The notes under the pieces are model-generated. The model ran no database searches. It was not told where the DNA came from and saw only the letters and a program-made list of their open reading frames with translations. A program made the position numbers and the translations under genes. A stretch of DNA of 64,000 bases from the human T2T-CHM13v2.0 reference genome, Homo sapiens, in the NCBI RefSeq assembly GCF_009914755.1, contig NC_060925.1; one strand, written 5' to 3'. The first letter of the stretch is position 1. Each line of letters starts with the position of its first letter. This document shows positions 18,481 through 32,179 of this stretch, in pieces.

Positions 18481-19235
18481 GGAAACACACTCTCCATGCT
18501 AACCAAGCCCTCCCGCCCCTCCCCCGGGAAGGGCAATGCCGGCCGCGAGACCAAGGGGGAGGAGGGGCAGTGCTGGGCGGGTAAAACTACGCACAAGCGA
18601 AGGAATCTGGGCCCCCAGCCTCTCGCCGCCCGCTCTCCAGAGGCAGTCTGCACCTTGCCTCCTTCGCTCGAGCCCCAGCCCCCAGACTCGGGCAATACCC
18701 ACAAGCAAGATGGCGGCAACGGCGGCACCCCCTACTGCTTAGCACCCTGACTTGCCATTGGCCAGAGCCCGGAGTGAAGCAGCCGCGGATTCGTCAAGAG
18801 CGGTGCGGGGGTGGGGGTGGAGCTGCAGCAGCCTGGAGCCAGGAGTGGGCAACGCGGCGTGAGCAGCGGCCCGAGGCTCCCGGAGCATCGCGCTGGGAGA
18901 AGACTTCGCCGCTCGGGGCCGCAGCCTGGTGAGCTCAGCCCCCTTCGGGCCCTCCCCTGCATCCCAGCCGGGGCCTCTCCGAGCCGGCGCTGATCGATGC
19001 CGACACACCCCGGGGACCCTATCGCGACTCCATCGCGCCATATCGCGACACCATCGTGCCCTGTCGAGACTCCATTTTGTCACAGCCCTTTTCAATATAT
19101 ATCTTTTTTTTTTTTAATTTGCCCTGTCATCTTTGGGGGCTGTCTCCCATGTCGTGATTTTGACGTGATCTCTCCGTGACATCACCGCGCCATCGTGAAG
19201 TGTGATCTCATCGCCGCCCTGTCGTGACTTCATCA

Positions 19236-19268
19236 ATGTCGTGTTGTGACCTGGCTGCGGCGGGACAG
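19236..19268 (+). CDS. NCDN: Neurochondrin coding exon 1 (MSCCDLAAAGQ)
   Basis: Recognised N-terminus; donor CAG|GTGGTG; the seven exons sum to 2190 nt = 729 aa + stop. Confidence 0.93.
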
Positions 19269-20061
19269 GTGGTGACCGCCAGGAACCCTCCTCCCCTTCT
19301 CATCTCCCCATCTCAGCAGCCCTGCTTCGATTATCCGGCTTTTGGATTCTCCGTTGTCCTGGGAACTATCCGGGACCCCCTCTTGCTTCTCCAGCCCCTG
19401 CCGGCATCCACAGGCTGGTAGCGGGACGGGGAGGGCGAGAAGAGGGAGCGCAAGGGGTTAATTCTGCTGCTGCCGCCGCCGCTGCTGCTGCTGCTGCAGC
19501 CTCTACCCGAGGGAGGGAAAGGAGAGGAGGCAAGGAGCCTGCGGGGGCGACTGAGAGCCCTGGCTGGAGGGGTGGGGTCCCCAAAGGGGCCTCCAAGCCT
19601 TCCCTGTTGAGCGTCTTGTATTCTCACTTCTGAAGCGTATCTCTGCCTCTGAAGAAGGGAGGGGAAAGGAAGCCTGGGGTGTCCTTTTCTCCCATGTCAG
19701 CCTGAGTCCGGATAATCGAACTTCACCCATGTATGTCTCCATTTCTCCCTGTCTGTCCTCACCACTCACTCCCTCTGTGTCCCTGTGGAGGGAGATAAAA
19801 CCCAGCCTCCGGTGCCAGGGGGACAGCTGAGCAGTGGGGCCAGCTCCCGCCCACCCCCAGGAGACTGGTGAGGAGAGCTGTCCGGCTGAGCAGCAGCATG
19901 CATGGTCCTTCTTTCCCGCTTTCTGGAGGTGACCTTGGACCAGGGTCCCTTCTTTATCCCTAAGGATTTGCAGATCCAGCCCCTTAAAGGGGCTTCTGGG
20001 GGGAGGTCAGTCCTGAGGAGTCCACCCCTCCAGATTCTCTCCTCCCCTCCCTCTGTGCTAA

Positions 20062-20361
<300 letters not shown>

Positions 20362-21370
20362 TGAGTCCCCAAGGATATGTACGTAGTGCTAGCAACCCTG
20401 GAGGCACCAACGAAGGCCCAAGACCCCTACCTTTGTGCTCTTTTTTGCTCCCCCTGAGAATGGGGGCAAAGAGGAGAATGGGACTGAATAAGGCTGTGGC
20501 ACTAGGGGCTGCCTGGGTCTGTTTTCTGGGGCGTCCCAGAGCAGATGGAAGCTGACTCATAGGGTAACAGCAGCAGGTAGTAACTAGTGCAGAGTACTTG
20601 AGGGCTGGGGATGGTTGTTCTGGGCCTGGAGAGAGTAGCAGGGCTGGAAGTGGCTGGGGAGGGGTCCTAGGGGAAGGCCAGGATGGCAGTAGGTAGGTTA
20701 AGGAATGGGAGCTAGTTTGGGGCTTAGCCTTTTTGGAGGAACCCAAGCTGGGGACAGCAGAGCAGAAGCTGCAGTGCTAGGAAGGGGGGGTTGTGTGTGG
20801 GGGGTGAAGGGAGGAGGGAGTACAGCCGCTGCTTGTTTGCCATGGCAACAAGGAGAAGGCTCTGGAGTCAAGGGCTCACACTGCAGCAGAGGAGGTGTTT
20901 AGGTGAAATGTAAGGGGAAATGTTTTGACAGGCGGAGCGGCGAGACACAGGAGCCATTTCCCCTGAGAAGGTGGCAGAAATGGATCAGGGACTTCTCTGG
21001 AGGGAGCAATTAAGGAAGGACTTTAAATCCTTGGGAGATCTTAAAACATTGAGTTCTAAGCCCCTTCCATCCCAGGTTGTGGGCATTTAGACATCAGGAA
21101 GAACTTCTCAACTGGCCAGGTGTTGAAATGCTCAAATGAATGGTTGAGGAAGACTAGACCTCACTTCCATGGGACAGTCACAGATGAGAGGGATCCCAGA
21201 GGTCACATTTATCTGCCTCTAAGGAGAAAAAAGGAGCTGGATGAAATGACCTCAGATGAGTCCTGTTGCATAACCTCATCTTGCTAGTCCTCAGTGCCCC
21301 AGGATGCAGGAGAGGGACAGTCTTTCCCACTTCTTCCTTTCATCCTGATGATAGCACATACCCCCTATAG

Positions 21371-22351
<981 letters not shown>

Positions 22352-23301
22352 TGACCCACAGAGGGGGCCCAGTATGGGGGGAGCCAGTGCTGGAGCTGGG
22401 AGGCAAGGGGGAGGAGAATAATGGGGAGACAGCGAAGCTGCATGTCCACACAAGCTGATACTGTAGCCAGCACTCCAGGGAGTAGTGTGCGGCCCAACCT
22501 CCCTCTCTCTCCCTCCCTCCACACAAGCACCATACCACACACCATATGTGCACTCACATCACAGTACACACACACGCACACACACACAACACAGTAACCT
22601 CCCACTCAAACGCTCCCCCCAATACACACACACTACACGCCACACACCTCTCCCCAACACATGCACACAAGATTGAAGCAGTCTGTTCTGCTCACTCCAT
22701 AGCATTGTTTTATACACGCACACACCCGAACTTCTAATGGTGCAGGGAAGAGAAGCAGGGCTGCCTGGTTCCTGGCCTCTATAGAGGTCTGGCTAGATCA
22801 ATTCGCCTGCCTCCCCTACATCCCCTCCTGCCTCCCCGCCTGAGAGGCCAGCTGTCCTGTCCCACAGGGATTCAGTCATGACTCTGGTCTCTTTAATGGC
22901 CTGCTCCAGCCACCGAGCTCACCAGCCATATATTCCATGCACCACGCTAAGCTCATGTCTTTTTTCTGACTTAGCACAAAAGAGAGCATCCCCTCACTCC
23001 CACCATTGGGAGCAGTTACACAGTAGCCAGGAACCTGCCCTCCCACCCCAGGTCAGAGCTGCTGTAAAGGGTGTTTAACTTAGCTTTTGACCTATGAATT
23101 TCCTTCTAGCCTTGAGACACTCCAGAGGTAGGGAGTTAGGGAGATGTGACTGGAGCCTCAGCGAGTACGGGGGCATGTCACTCAATTCACTCAGGCCCAG
23201 TTCACTCAGCAGACGTGTGTGGAGGGCCTGGCTCACTCTGTGCCAGTCCCTTGTGTGCGTCCCTACCACATGCTAGGTGCTGGGTTCATGGGACAGAATA
23301 A

Positions 23302-23679
<378 letters not shown>

Positions 23680-24246
23680 TGAGTCTGTAGTTACAGTCTG
23701 TCCAGCTAGATCATTCTACCGAAAAGCGTTAACACAAGGACACCCCTCCCCACAAACTGAGCTGTGCCAGGCTTCCTGATTGGGCCATGAGATATCCCTT
23801 AGGGTTATTTCTGTTTTGGGGGGCTTGTTCCCACAGGACTCCTCGGCTGCCAGGTGTCACTTGCCAACCCCAGATTTCTCAGTTAAAAGAGAACTTATAC
23901 TTATTGAGCACCTACTACGAGCCAGGTATTTTGCTATACCCTTTACCAAAATGATCTCATTTGGTCCACGTGGTAAATATAACAGAAGTCTCATTCACAT
24001 ATGAAAGATTAGGAAACTGAGGCTCATAGAGATTAAAGTCACTTGCCCACAGTCACACTTTGTGGCAGAGCCCAAGTTTGGTCCTGGGTTGTGCGACTCT
24101 GAAGCTTGTACTTTTTCTGTGGTACCTGCGAGGATGTGTCCTTCTCCCCTACTTCCATTTCTCTTAGGCAAGGTGCCCTAAAAAGGGAATCTATGTGCCT
24201 TCATCTCTCCCAATCCCACACACGTCTGTCCCTTCCACATCCCCAG

Positions 24247-24471
24247 GCTCCTCCTGCCTGGCTGGTGCCACCTGACCGTTGAAGATGGGCCCCGGGAGAT
24301 CCTGATCAAGGAAGGGGCCCCCTCGCTTCTGTGCAAGTATTTCCTGCAGCAGTGGGAACTCACATCCCCTGGCCACGACACCTCGGTGCTGCCTGACAGC
24401 GTGGAGATTGGCCTGCAGACCTGCTGCCACATCTTCCTCAACCTCGTGGTCACCGCACCGGGGCTGATCAA
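24247..24471 (+). CDS. NCDN: Neurochondrin coding exon 5
   Basis: [23 protein letters not shown]...APGLIK; ccccag| and AA|GTGAGG; phases consistent. Confidence 0.95.
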
Positions 24472-24722
24472 GTGAGGGGCTCGGGAGAGGTGGGGGAGGA
24501 GGCCGGAGGAGGCAAAGGAGGCTGCCCAGTTGCCTCAATTCTCAGTCTCCTACTTTGCCCCCCATGCCCATGGATTTGTTAGTGGTAGCATGGGGGTCTC
24601 AGAGTAGACATAGCCAGCCCCGCACAAGGATTCGGCATGCTGGAACCCCCAGGTACTGTCTCAGCATGTCTGCTTGTTCCAATCTCTGCCCCCCAGATGC
24701 TATGTTTGGGGCCCAAAGTTAA

Positions 24723-24983
<261 letters not shown>

Positions 24984-26219
24984 TGAGGACAGAAGACCTG
25001 GGTGGACCTCCTGTGTTTGGGGCAAAAGTCACCATTTTTAGAAGATGGTTTTGCAGCATTTTCTAAGCAAGAGGAAATCTTTGCAGTGTATCTCCATCCC
25101 CTACCCCCACCGTTCTTCCCAAAATGCTAACATTCTCTTTCTTCTGAAGACTTTTAAGGCAAAGTCTGGTGGGTGTTAAGTACAGACCTGCTCACAGGCA
25201 CAGGCATAGGCACCTGGAATCCCTGGCAGCCAGAGGAATCTGAATCCAGTGTTTTCAAGGTGGAGCCGCCCCCACCCAGGCCTTGAGTCAGAAACCTGAC
25301 TTCCTTCCATTGATGTTTTTCTCTGCTCTGCTCGGTACCTCACCCCCATCAGTGACAGCCTTCAGCACTTGGTGTCCCTCTATGCACACCTTCTCCCTAG
25401 CTCTGCCTCACTCTGGCTGTTTGCAGGGGGAGGGACGTCCCCTCCAGCCCCTGGCAGCCCTCCGTGTCTCCCTCTTTGGCTGTGGGTGTCTGCTTGGGTC
25501 CCTCTGTCCCTGCCTGTTCCCTGTGCCCCATCTGTCAGGTTGGAGGAGCTGAGCAGATGCCTGGGAACAGGGCGTAACATGCCCGTACCTTCCACTGCCT
25601 CTGTGTTCCTTTTGAGGGGTTCCCAGCAGGGTACCCCGTCATGGGAAGGGGTGCACATCCCTGTACACCAGGAGCCCACTCTGCACTCTCAGTCCCAGGC
25701 TGCATCTCTGCAGCCCCCAATTTCATGGTCCCAGTTCTGGCTCACCCTCAAATACCACCAGGTTAGGTTGACAGCTTCCTGGAGAGCACCTGCAGTGTGA
25801 GGGTCACCCCTTGAACAGCCAGTAAGCAAAGCAGGGTCACTTGCTTATGTTCCTCTCTGGCGCCCTCTTCTGGCCCAAGGATCAAATGGTGCAACTCCCT
25901 TAACCTGTGTCTGAGCTCTGTGTCCAGAACCCTGAGGGGTTCTCTCTCCCATCTGACCCTGTGACTCACCCCCACCTCCAGTGCCGGTAGAGGTCTTGGT
26001 GGTTGAGTGTACCAAGATGATCACATTTAATTCTCACAACAAATTTCTAAGATGAGCACTATTGGCCCATTTTACAAGTAAAGAAACAGACCCAGAAAAG
26101 TTAATTACCCAAGGTCACACAGTGAGCATCTAAGGCAGGGTTTCAACGCAGGCAGTCTGATTCCAGGCTGTGCCCTGGCTCCTGCATGTGTCTACACAGA
26201 GGACTAGGGAAGGGTCTGA

Positions 26220-26708
<489 letters not shown>

Positions 26709-27673
26709 GGGGTGTCCACCGGGGACAGACCCAGGGGCGGGCAGAGAGGGAAGGAGGGAGGAGGCATCTTCCCTGAAGCCCCCAATCTGGCCCCCCCCTC
26801 CCCAGACTTCCTCCCCAAAACACCCCAGCTTTCTGGCTTTTCTGAGGGCAAGGGCATGGTGCCCACCCCTCAAGTGTAAGGAACTGCGTTCCGCCCCTCA
26901 GGCCCCCATGGGGGCAGGGATCGGCTTGGAAATCAACGTGGTTGTCCCCGCCAGGCCGGGGAAGGTTGGAGCAGCCCCCAGGGAGGGGGGCACTAGGTGT
27001 CATTGTGCCCGATGTCTGGCTCCCCTGCAGGAGGGAGGCTCCAGGGTAAGACAGGGCTGGCAGGAGCAGACTGCCTCAGCCCATGTGCCCTGCCGGCCAG
27101 GGCGTGGGCTCCCCTCGGCTGTGGTGCCTCCTCTGGCCCCCCAGGTCCACGTCCTTTAAATTGGCCCTTTGGCTCTTGCCCTTGGCTCCCTTGGGCAGAC
27201 AGCAGGCTTAGGCCATTGATATCGCAGTTCTTCCTATCAGCTTCAGTGACCCAGGGTCTGAACTGCCTCCATCCTAGGGCAACCTGGGGCAGACAGGCCT
27301 GGTGGGGGGTGGGGAAACCTCCTTCCACCTGAGCTTGCTTGAAGGGACCCAGAGTCTTTGGGCCCAGATCTTTAAACCTTTGTGTCGTGTTGCAGCAGAG
27401 TGACGATGGGGGTTGGGGGGTTATTTATTTTGCCTGTCCTTATCCCTGCTTGGACACCTGAGCATCTGATTCCTGTCCCCCTGGTGCCATCTGGCCTGGC
27501 TGGAGCCAGGAACAGGAGGGACACTTCCCCAGAATCCGCATGTTTCCCCAGTGATTACACTCCACTGCCACCGTGGTGCCTGGCTTTAACTCCCACCCCT
27601 GCTATGACTCCTCTCTGCAGAGACGCGACTGGCGGCTCCAGCAGGGACTACCTTTCTTATAAACCCAGGGGGA

Positions 27674-27674
<1 letters not shown>

Positions 27675-27729
<55 letters not shown>
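27675..27729. repeat. (CA)27 microsatellite in the NCDN 3'UTR
   Basis: Perfect CA run. Confidence 0.95.
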
Positions 27730-27732
<3 letters not shown>

Positions 27733-27803
27733 TGATCCCTTGCTTCCCTCCCCCAGTGCGTTCTGTGATCGCCAAGTTCAAAGCTGTGCACATGTGGACA
27801 CTC

Positions 27804-27809
27804 AATAAA
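27804..27809 (+). terminator. NCDN: NCDN polyadenylation signal AATAAA
   Basis: First AATAAA after the stop codon, ~1.1 kb 3'UTR. Confidence 0.8.
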
Positions 27810-28667
27810 TGTTCATTGGTGACGAGAAGCCTCCTGCGTGGTCTGCCCTGCACCTGCTCTCTCCCTTCCAGGCTCCATCAGTTCACAGCTACCAGGTGCT
27901 GAACACATGCCCTGCTAAACACATCATGAGACCTCATTCAGCCCTTCCAAGAATCCTCTGAAGGGTTCTGATTTTACAGACAAAGCAACTTTGGCATGGA
28001 TAAGTGATTGGCTCAAGGTGTTGCCGCTAGTCAGTGCCAGAGCCAGGACTCCACACAGGCCATCCGACTCCCCAGCCCACATCTTTCACTTGTACAGCAG
28101 ATTGCCAAACTCATGTTGATGTGGCCAGGCCTTGTGGGGGCTCTGGTGCTCTCAAGTACAGATGAAACACTGCACCCCCGCCCCCATGTCACTGGGTTGC
28201 TGCCAAGTGGCCCTGCCATATCCTCCCATTTTTAAAGAAGTCAGGAATCCTAATTTGTATGTGAAACCCAACTTTTGAATGTCAGTAACTATCTTTAATT
28301 AAATAACTACTGATCCAACAAAACATGCAGTCCAAATGTAGCTTTCAGGTTACCAGCTGTTGATCCTGTATGCCAAATGAGAAGCCAGAGGGCCTGCAAG
28401 CTTCAGCAGATGAGCCAAGTACCCACTATGGGTACTTCACCAGTCCTGAGCCAAAGCTGTGAGGTTGGAGCCAGACAGGCCCCAGACCCATACCCTCCGC
28501 AACCTCCTCCACCTAGGCCCTCAAACCTATAAGCACGTGCTGAGCATAGCCTATGTGCCCACCTGTGGTTGGCTATGCATAGACAGGAATATTTATTTAT
28601 TGACTGGTTGTACTGAAAGCCATCTTCTTAGCATGGATTCTCTGGGGTAAATATGAAAAGACATAGA

Positions 28668-28975
28668 GGCTAGGTGTGGTGGCTAACGCCTGTAATCCCA
28701 ATACTTTGGGAGTCTGAGGTGGGAGGATCACTTGAGCCCAGGAATTCAAGATCAGCCTGGGCAACACAGTGAGACTCCATCTCTACAAAAGAAAAACAAT
28801 TAGCCGGGCATGGTGCCTCGTGCCTGTAGTCCCTGCTACTCCCGAGACTGAGGCGAGAGGTTCTCTTGAGCCCAGGGGTTTGAGGTTATAGTGAGCTATG
28901 ATCACACCACTGCATTCCAGCCTGGAAGACAGGGTGAGATCCTGTCTCAAAAAAACAAAAACAAAAACAAAAAAA
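28668..28975 (+). mobile_element. Alu (J-like)
   Basis: Alu consensus, A-rich tail. Confidence 0.9.
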
Positions 28976-30136
28976 CTGTAAGCAGTGGCTTCTATGTAGG
29001 TCCAAACACAGTGTGGCTGGAGCATGCGAGCCCCTCAGACTGGCCAAACGATTGCAGGAAAACTTACAGCAACTATGTGCTCTGAGACTTCAGGGTGAGG
29101 AGGGGCTTGCCAGGCAGACACGAAAAGGAACAGCAAGGTCTGAAGGCATGCAAGCTTGAGAACTACGAGTAGTTTCGCATTCCATGGTGTATAGAGTGTG
29201 AAGTGTGGAGTGGTGGAAGATGAGGTTGAACCAGCAGGCATGGACCAGATCCTACTGTGCTGTGCTCAGAAGCTTAAACGTGGAATCATGCTGAGAGATC
29301 AAATTGCAGTTTTGTTTTTTTTAGAAGCAGGGTCTCACTCTGTTGCCCAGCCTGATCTCGAAACTCATGGCCTCAAGTAATCCTTTTGCCTCAGCCTCCC
29401 AAAGTGCTGGGATTGTAGGCATGAGCCACCATCCCCGGCTAGACTGCAGATTTTTTAGCAGATTGAATGTGATCCCGTTTGCATTTTGGGAAGATGAGGC
29501 ACTGCAAGAGGAATGGCTGAGCCAGGGAGCTCAGAGAGGAGATGCTAAGTCTGAACTAAGCCAGTGGCAATGAGGCTGGAGAAGATACAGGTAGGAGTTA
29601 ATAGGACTTGGTGATTAACTGGAAGTGAAGAGGGGTAAAGAGAAGGGGAGTAGAACCAAGGATGACTCCCAGATTCCTGATCTGGGAGACTGAGTGGATA
29701 ATGGGGCATTCACTGTCACTGGGAACACTGGGACAGAGACAGATTTGTGCATACCATACACAACTCAACTTGGTAAATGGCGAATTTGTGCTGCTCATGG
29801 TATATCCAAGGGGTAGTTGCTTTCTATGGTCTGGAGCTCAAGAAAAGTCTGGGCAAGTGACAGATTTGGGAGCTGTCAGTATAGAGGGTCCCTAAAGTCA
29901 TGGGAGGGACTGAGATCATCTGGGGAAGTGAAAAGAGAAGAGAAAGGTCCCAAATAAAGTGACAGCCACCCATGGTCCCTGCTGTCAGGGTGCTCTCCCT
30001 CCCATAGTGGAGAAGTCAAACCCTGCAAAGCTTCCTAATACAAGGCAGACAGAGTTCTGTGCTTAAATGAGGTATGGTCAGAGAGTTCTGGCTTGCTCTT
30101 GGTATTTCAGCGGAGTGGGGAAAAGGGAGATCTGAG

Positions 30137-30170
30137 CTGCAGTTGTGAGATCTAACCACGAGATGGCGCC
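30137..30170 (+). promoter_or_regulatory. Candidate CTCF site (core plus upstream module)
   Basis: CTGCAGT...CCACGAGATGGCGCC resembles the CTCF core consensus with the TGCAG upstream motif 13 nt before CCAC. Confidence 0.6.
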
Positions 30171-31188
30171 TTGGCATCTCCTTGTGCCAGATTTCCCCAC
30201 CCTGCAAACACTCAGCCTGGCCTGGAGCAGGAGGTGATCAAAGGCTGGGAGGATGAGGGTGGCTGTGTCAACAATAAATGAGGCAGATCAGAGTTTTTTC
30301 TTAACATAAAATCCAAATGCAAGCTCACTTTTTGAAAAGAGAAGGAGCCTTGGAGAAAAGCAGTATGCCAAGTGTGCCAAATGGGAGTCCACGTATGTTT
30401 GAGCATGCAACTCTATGTCAATATATGTCCCATGTTCCTATGTGTACTTGTGTTTCCCATGAATGTCTCTGTGCAAGTTGTGTGCCCCATGTTCCCAAGG
30501 CTGTCTGCATGTGTACCCCACTGCACCCCAGGCCTCCACATGTGTGCATGTGTCCCAGGGAGCAGACAACCAGAAATCTCCACCTCCATGCCTCAGAGAG
30601 TGAGGAGTCCCTTGGCACTGAAAGAAGTAGTCCTGAGTCTGAAATCATGGGACTCTGATGTTTTAGGGAGACTCAAAGCAGCAGCAGACCATGGAGAACA
30701 TCCCTCTCCCCAGTAGCCATAATCAAAATCACTCACTTATCAGATGATCTCTTCAGATTATACCTGGGTTCTATGTGTAGATACCCAGGATCATGTTCAC
30801 ATAGAGCCTTCCTAAAGGATCCCTTAATAGGCCAGTGGATTCATAACACCATCCATTGATGTGTTTATCATTTACAGTATTTAATAAGCATTCATTGAGT
30901 TCCTGCCATGCCCCAAGCACAGCGCTAGATACATTTTCTGTTTCTCCTTTAATCTTGTGAAGCAGTTCCTGAAAGAGGAAAAGTAAGTTAGTCACAACTG
31001 CAGAGTCTGGAATGCTCATTAGAATGTTTAAACTTTTTTTCCCCCGAAGATGGGTCATGGGGAGCCCTAGGAAAGTTTTCAGTAGGGAGGTAACATGGTC
31101 CAGTCACTCTTGTGGAAGTTGGAAATTGATCAGAAGAGATATGAATAAAGTCAGGAGACCAGTTAGAGAATTGTTGCAATGGCCTAGA

Positions 31189-31431
31189 TAGTGGTTCTTA
31201 AACTTTAATGTGCCTCTGAGTCACCTTAAGGACTTATTAATAACACAGGTTGCTGGGCTCCACCCCCAGAGTTATTGACTCAGAAGGTCATGAGTGGGAT
31301 CCAAGAATTGGGACTTCTAGCAAGCTCCCAGATATTGTTGGTGATGCTGGTCCAGGAACCACTCTTTGGCTGTGTTGCCCAGGCTGGTCTCAAACTCCTG
31401 GGCTCAAGGGACCACACTTTGAGAGCCACTG
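31189..31431. mobile_element. MER5A-like hAT DNA transposon containing a ~40-nt Alu fragment
   Basis: Terminal inverted ends TAGTGGTTCTTAAACT / TTTGAGAGCCACTG. Confidence 0.7.
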
Positions 31432-31880
31432 ATCTATGAGTAAGAGTAAGGTAGTTTAAGGTGCTGAGACAGGGTGCCATGTGCCCTCTGGGATACCTGC
31501 CTCAATTCTCCACCACATACCTTCTGTGGGTGGATGTTTAAGGGTTAGAAATGGCAACACTCCATAAGGATTAGCTTGTGGGGGTTAAGGAAAGGACCTA
31601 CGCTCTTCTGGGATGACTAGCAAGTTTTGAACTTGAAAAAGGGTGGTGTCATTTATGAAACTACAGAGCAAAGGAGAAGCAGGTTGGGGTTGGTGCTGGG
31701 GATAGAGGAGATGTTGAGTTCAGTGTTGGACTTGGAAAATTTCAGACAGCTGCAATGAGATGTCTGGAGAAAATACGCAGCTGGCAGCTGTGTCTATGGG
31801 TCTGGATCTCTCACTAGTGATTCAGGCCAGAGATAACACAGTTGGGAGATAACAGTAGACAGGTAGTCATTAAAGACTTG

Positions 31881-32179
<299 letters not shown>

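Larger units (their letters stand above)
17980..19560. promoter_or_regulatory. CpG-island bidirectional promoter shared by KIAA0319L (-) and NCDN (+)
   Basis: Very high GC/CpG; YY1 consensus CAAGATGGCGGC 18706-18717; reverse CCAAT 18757-18761; two CCGGAAACAC ETS-like sites (18441, 18479); divergent first exons. Confidence 0.9.

Noticed and set aside
17853-19120. Multiple 100-180 aa ORFs in the bidirectional promoter
   Set aside because: Expected by chance in a CpG island; no recognisable protein features
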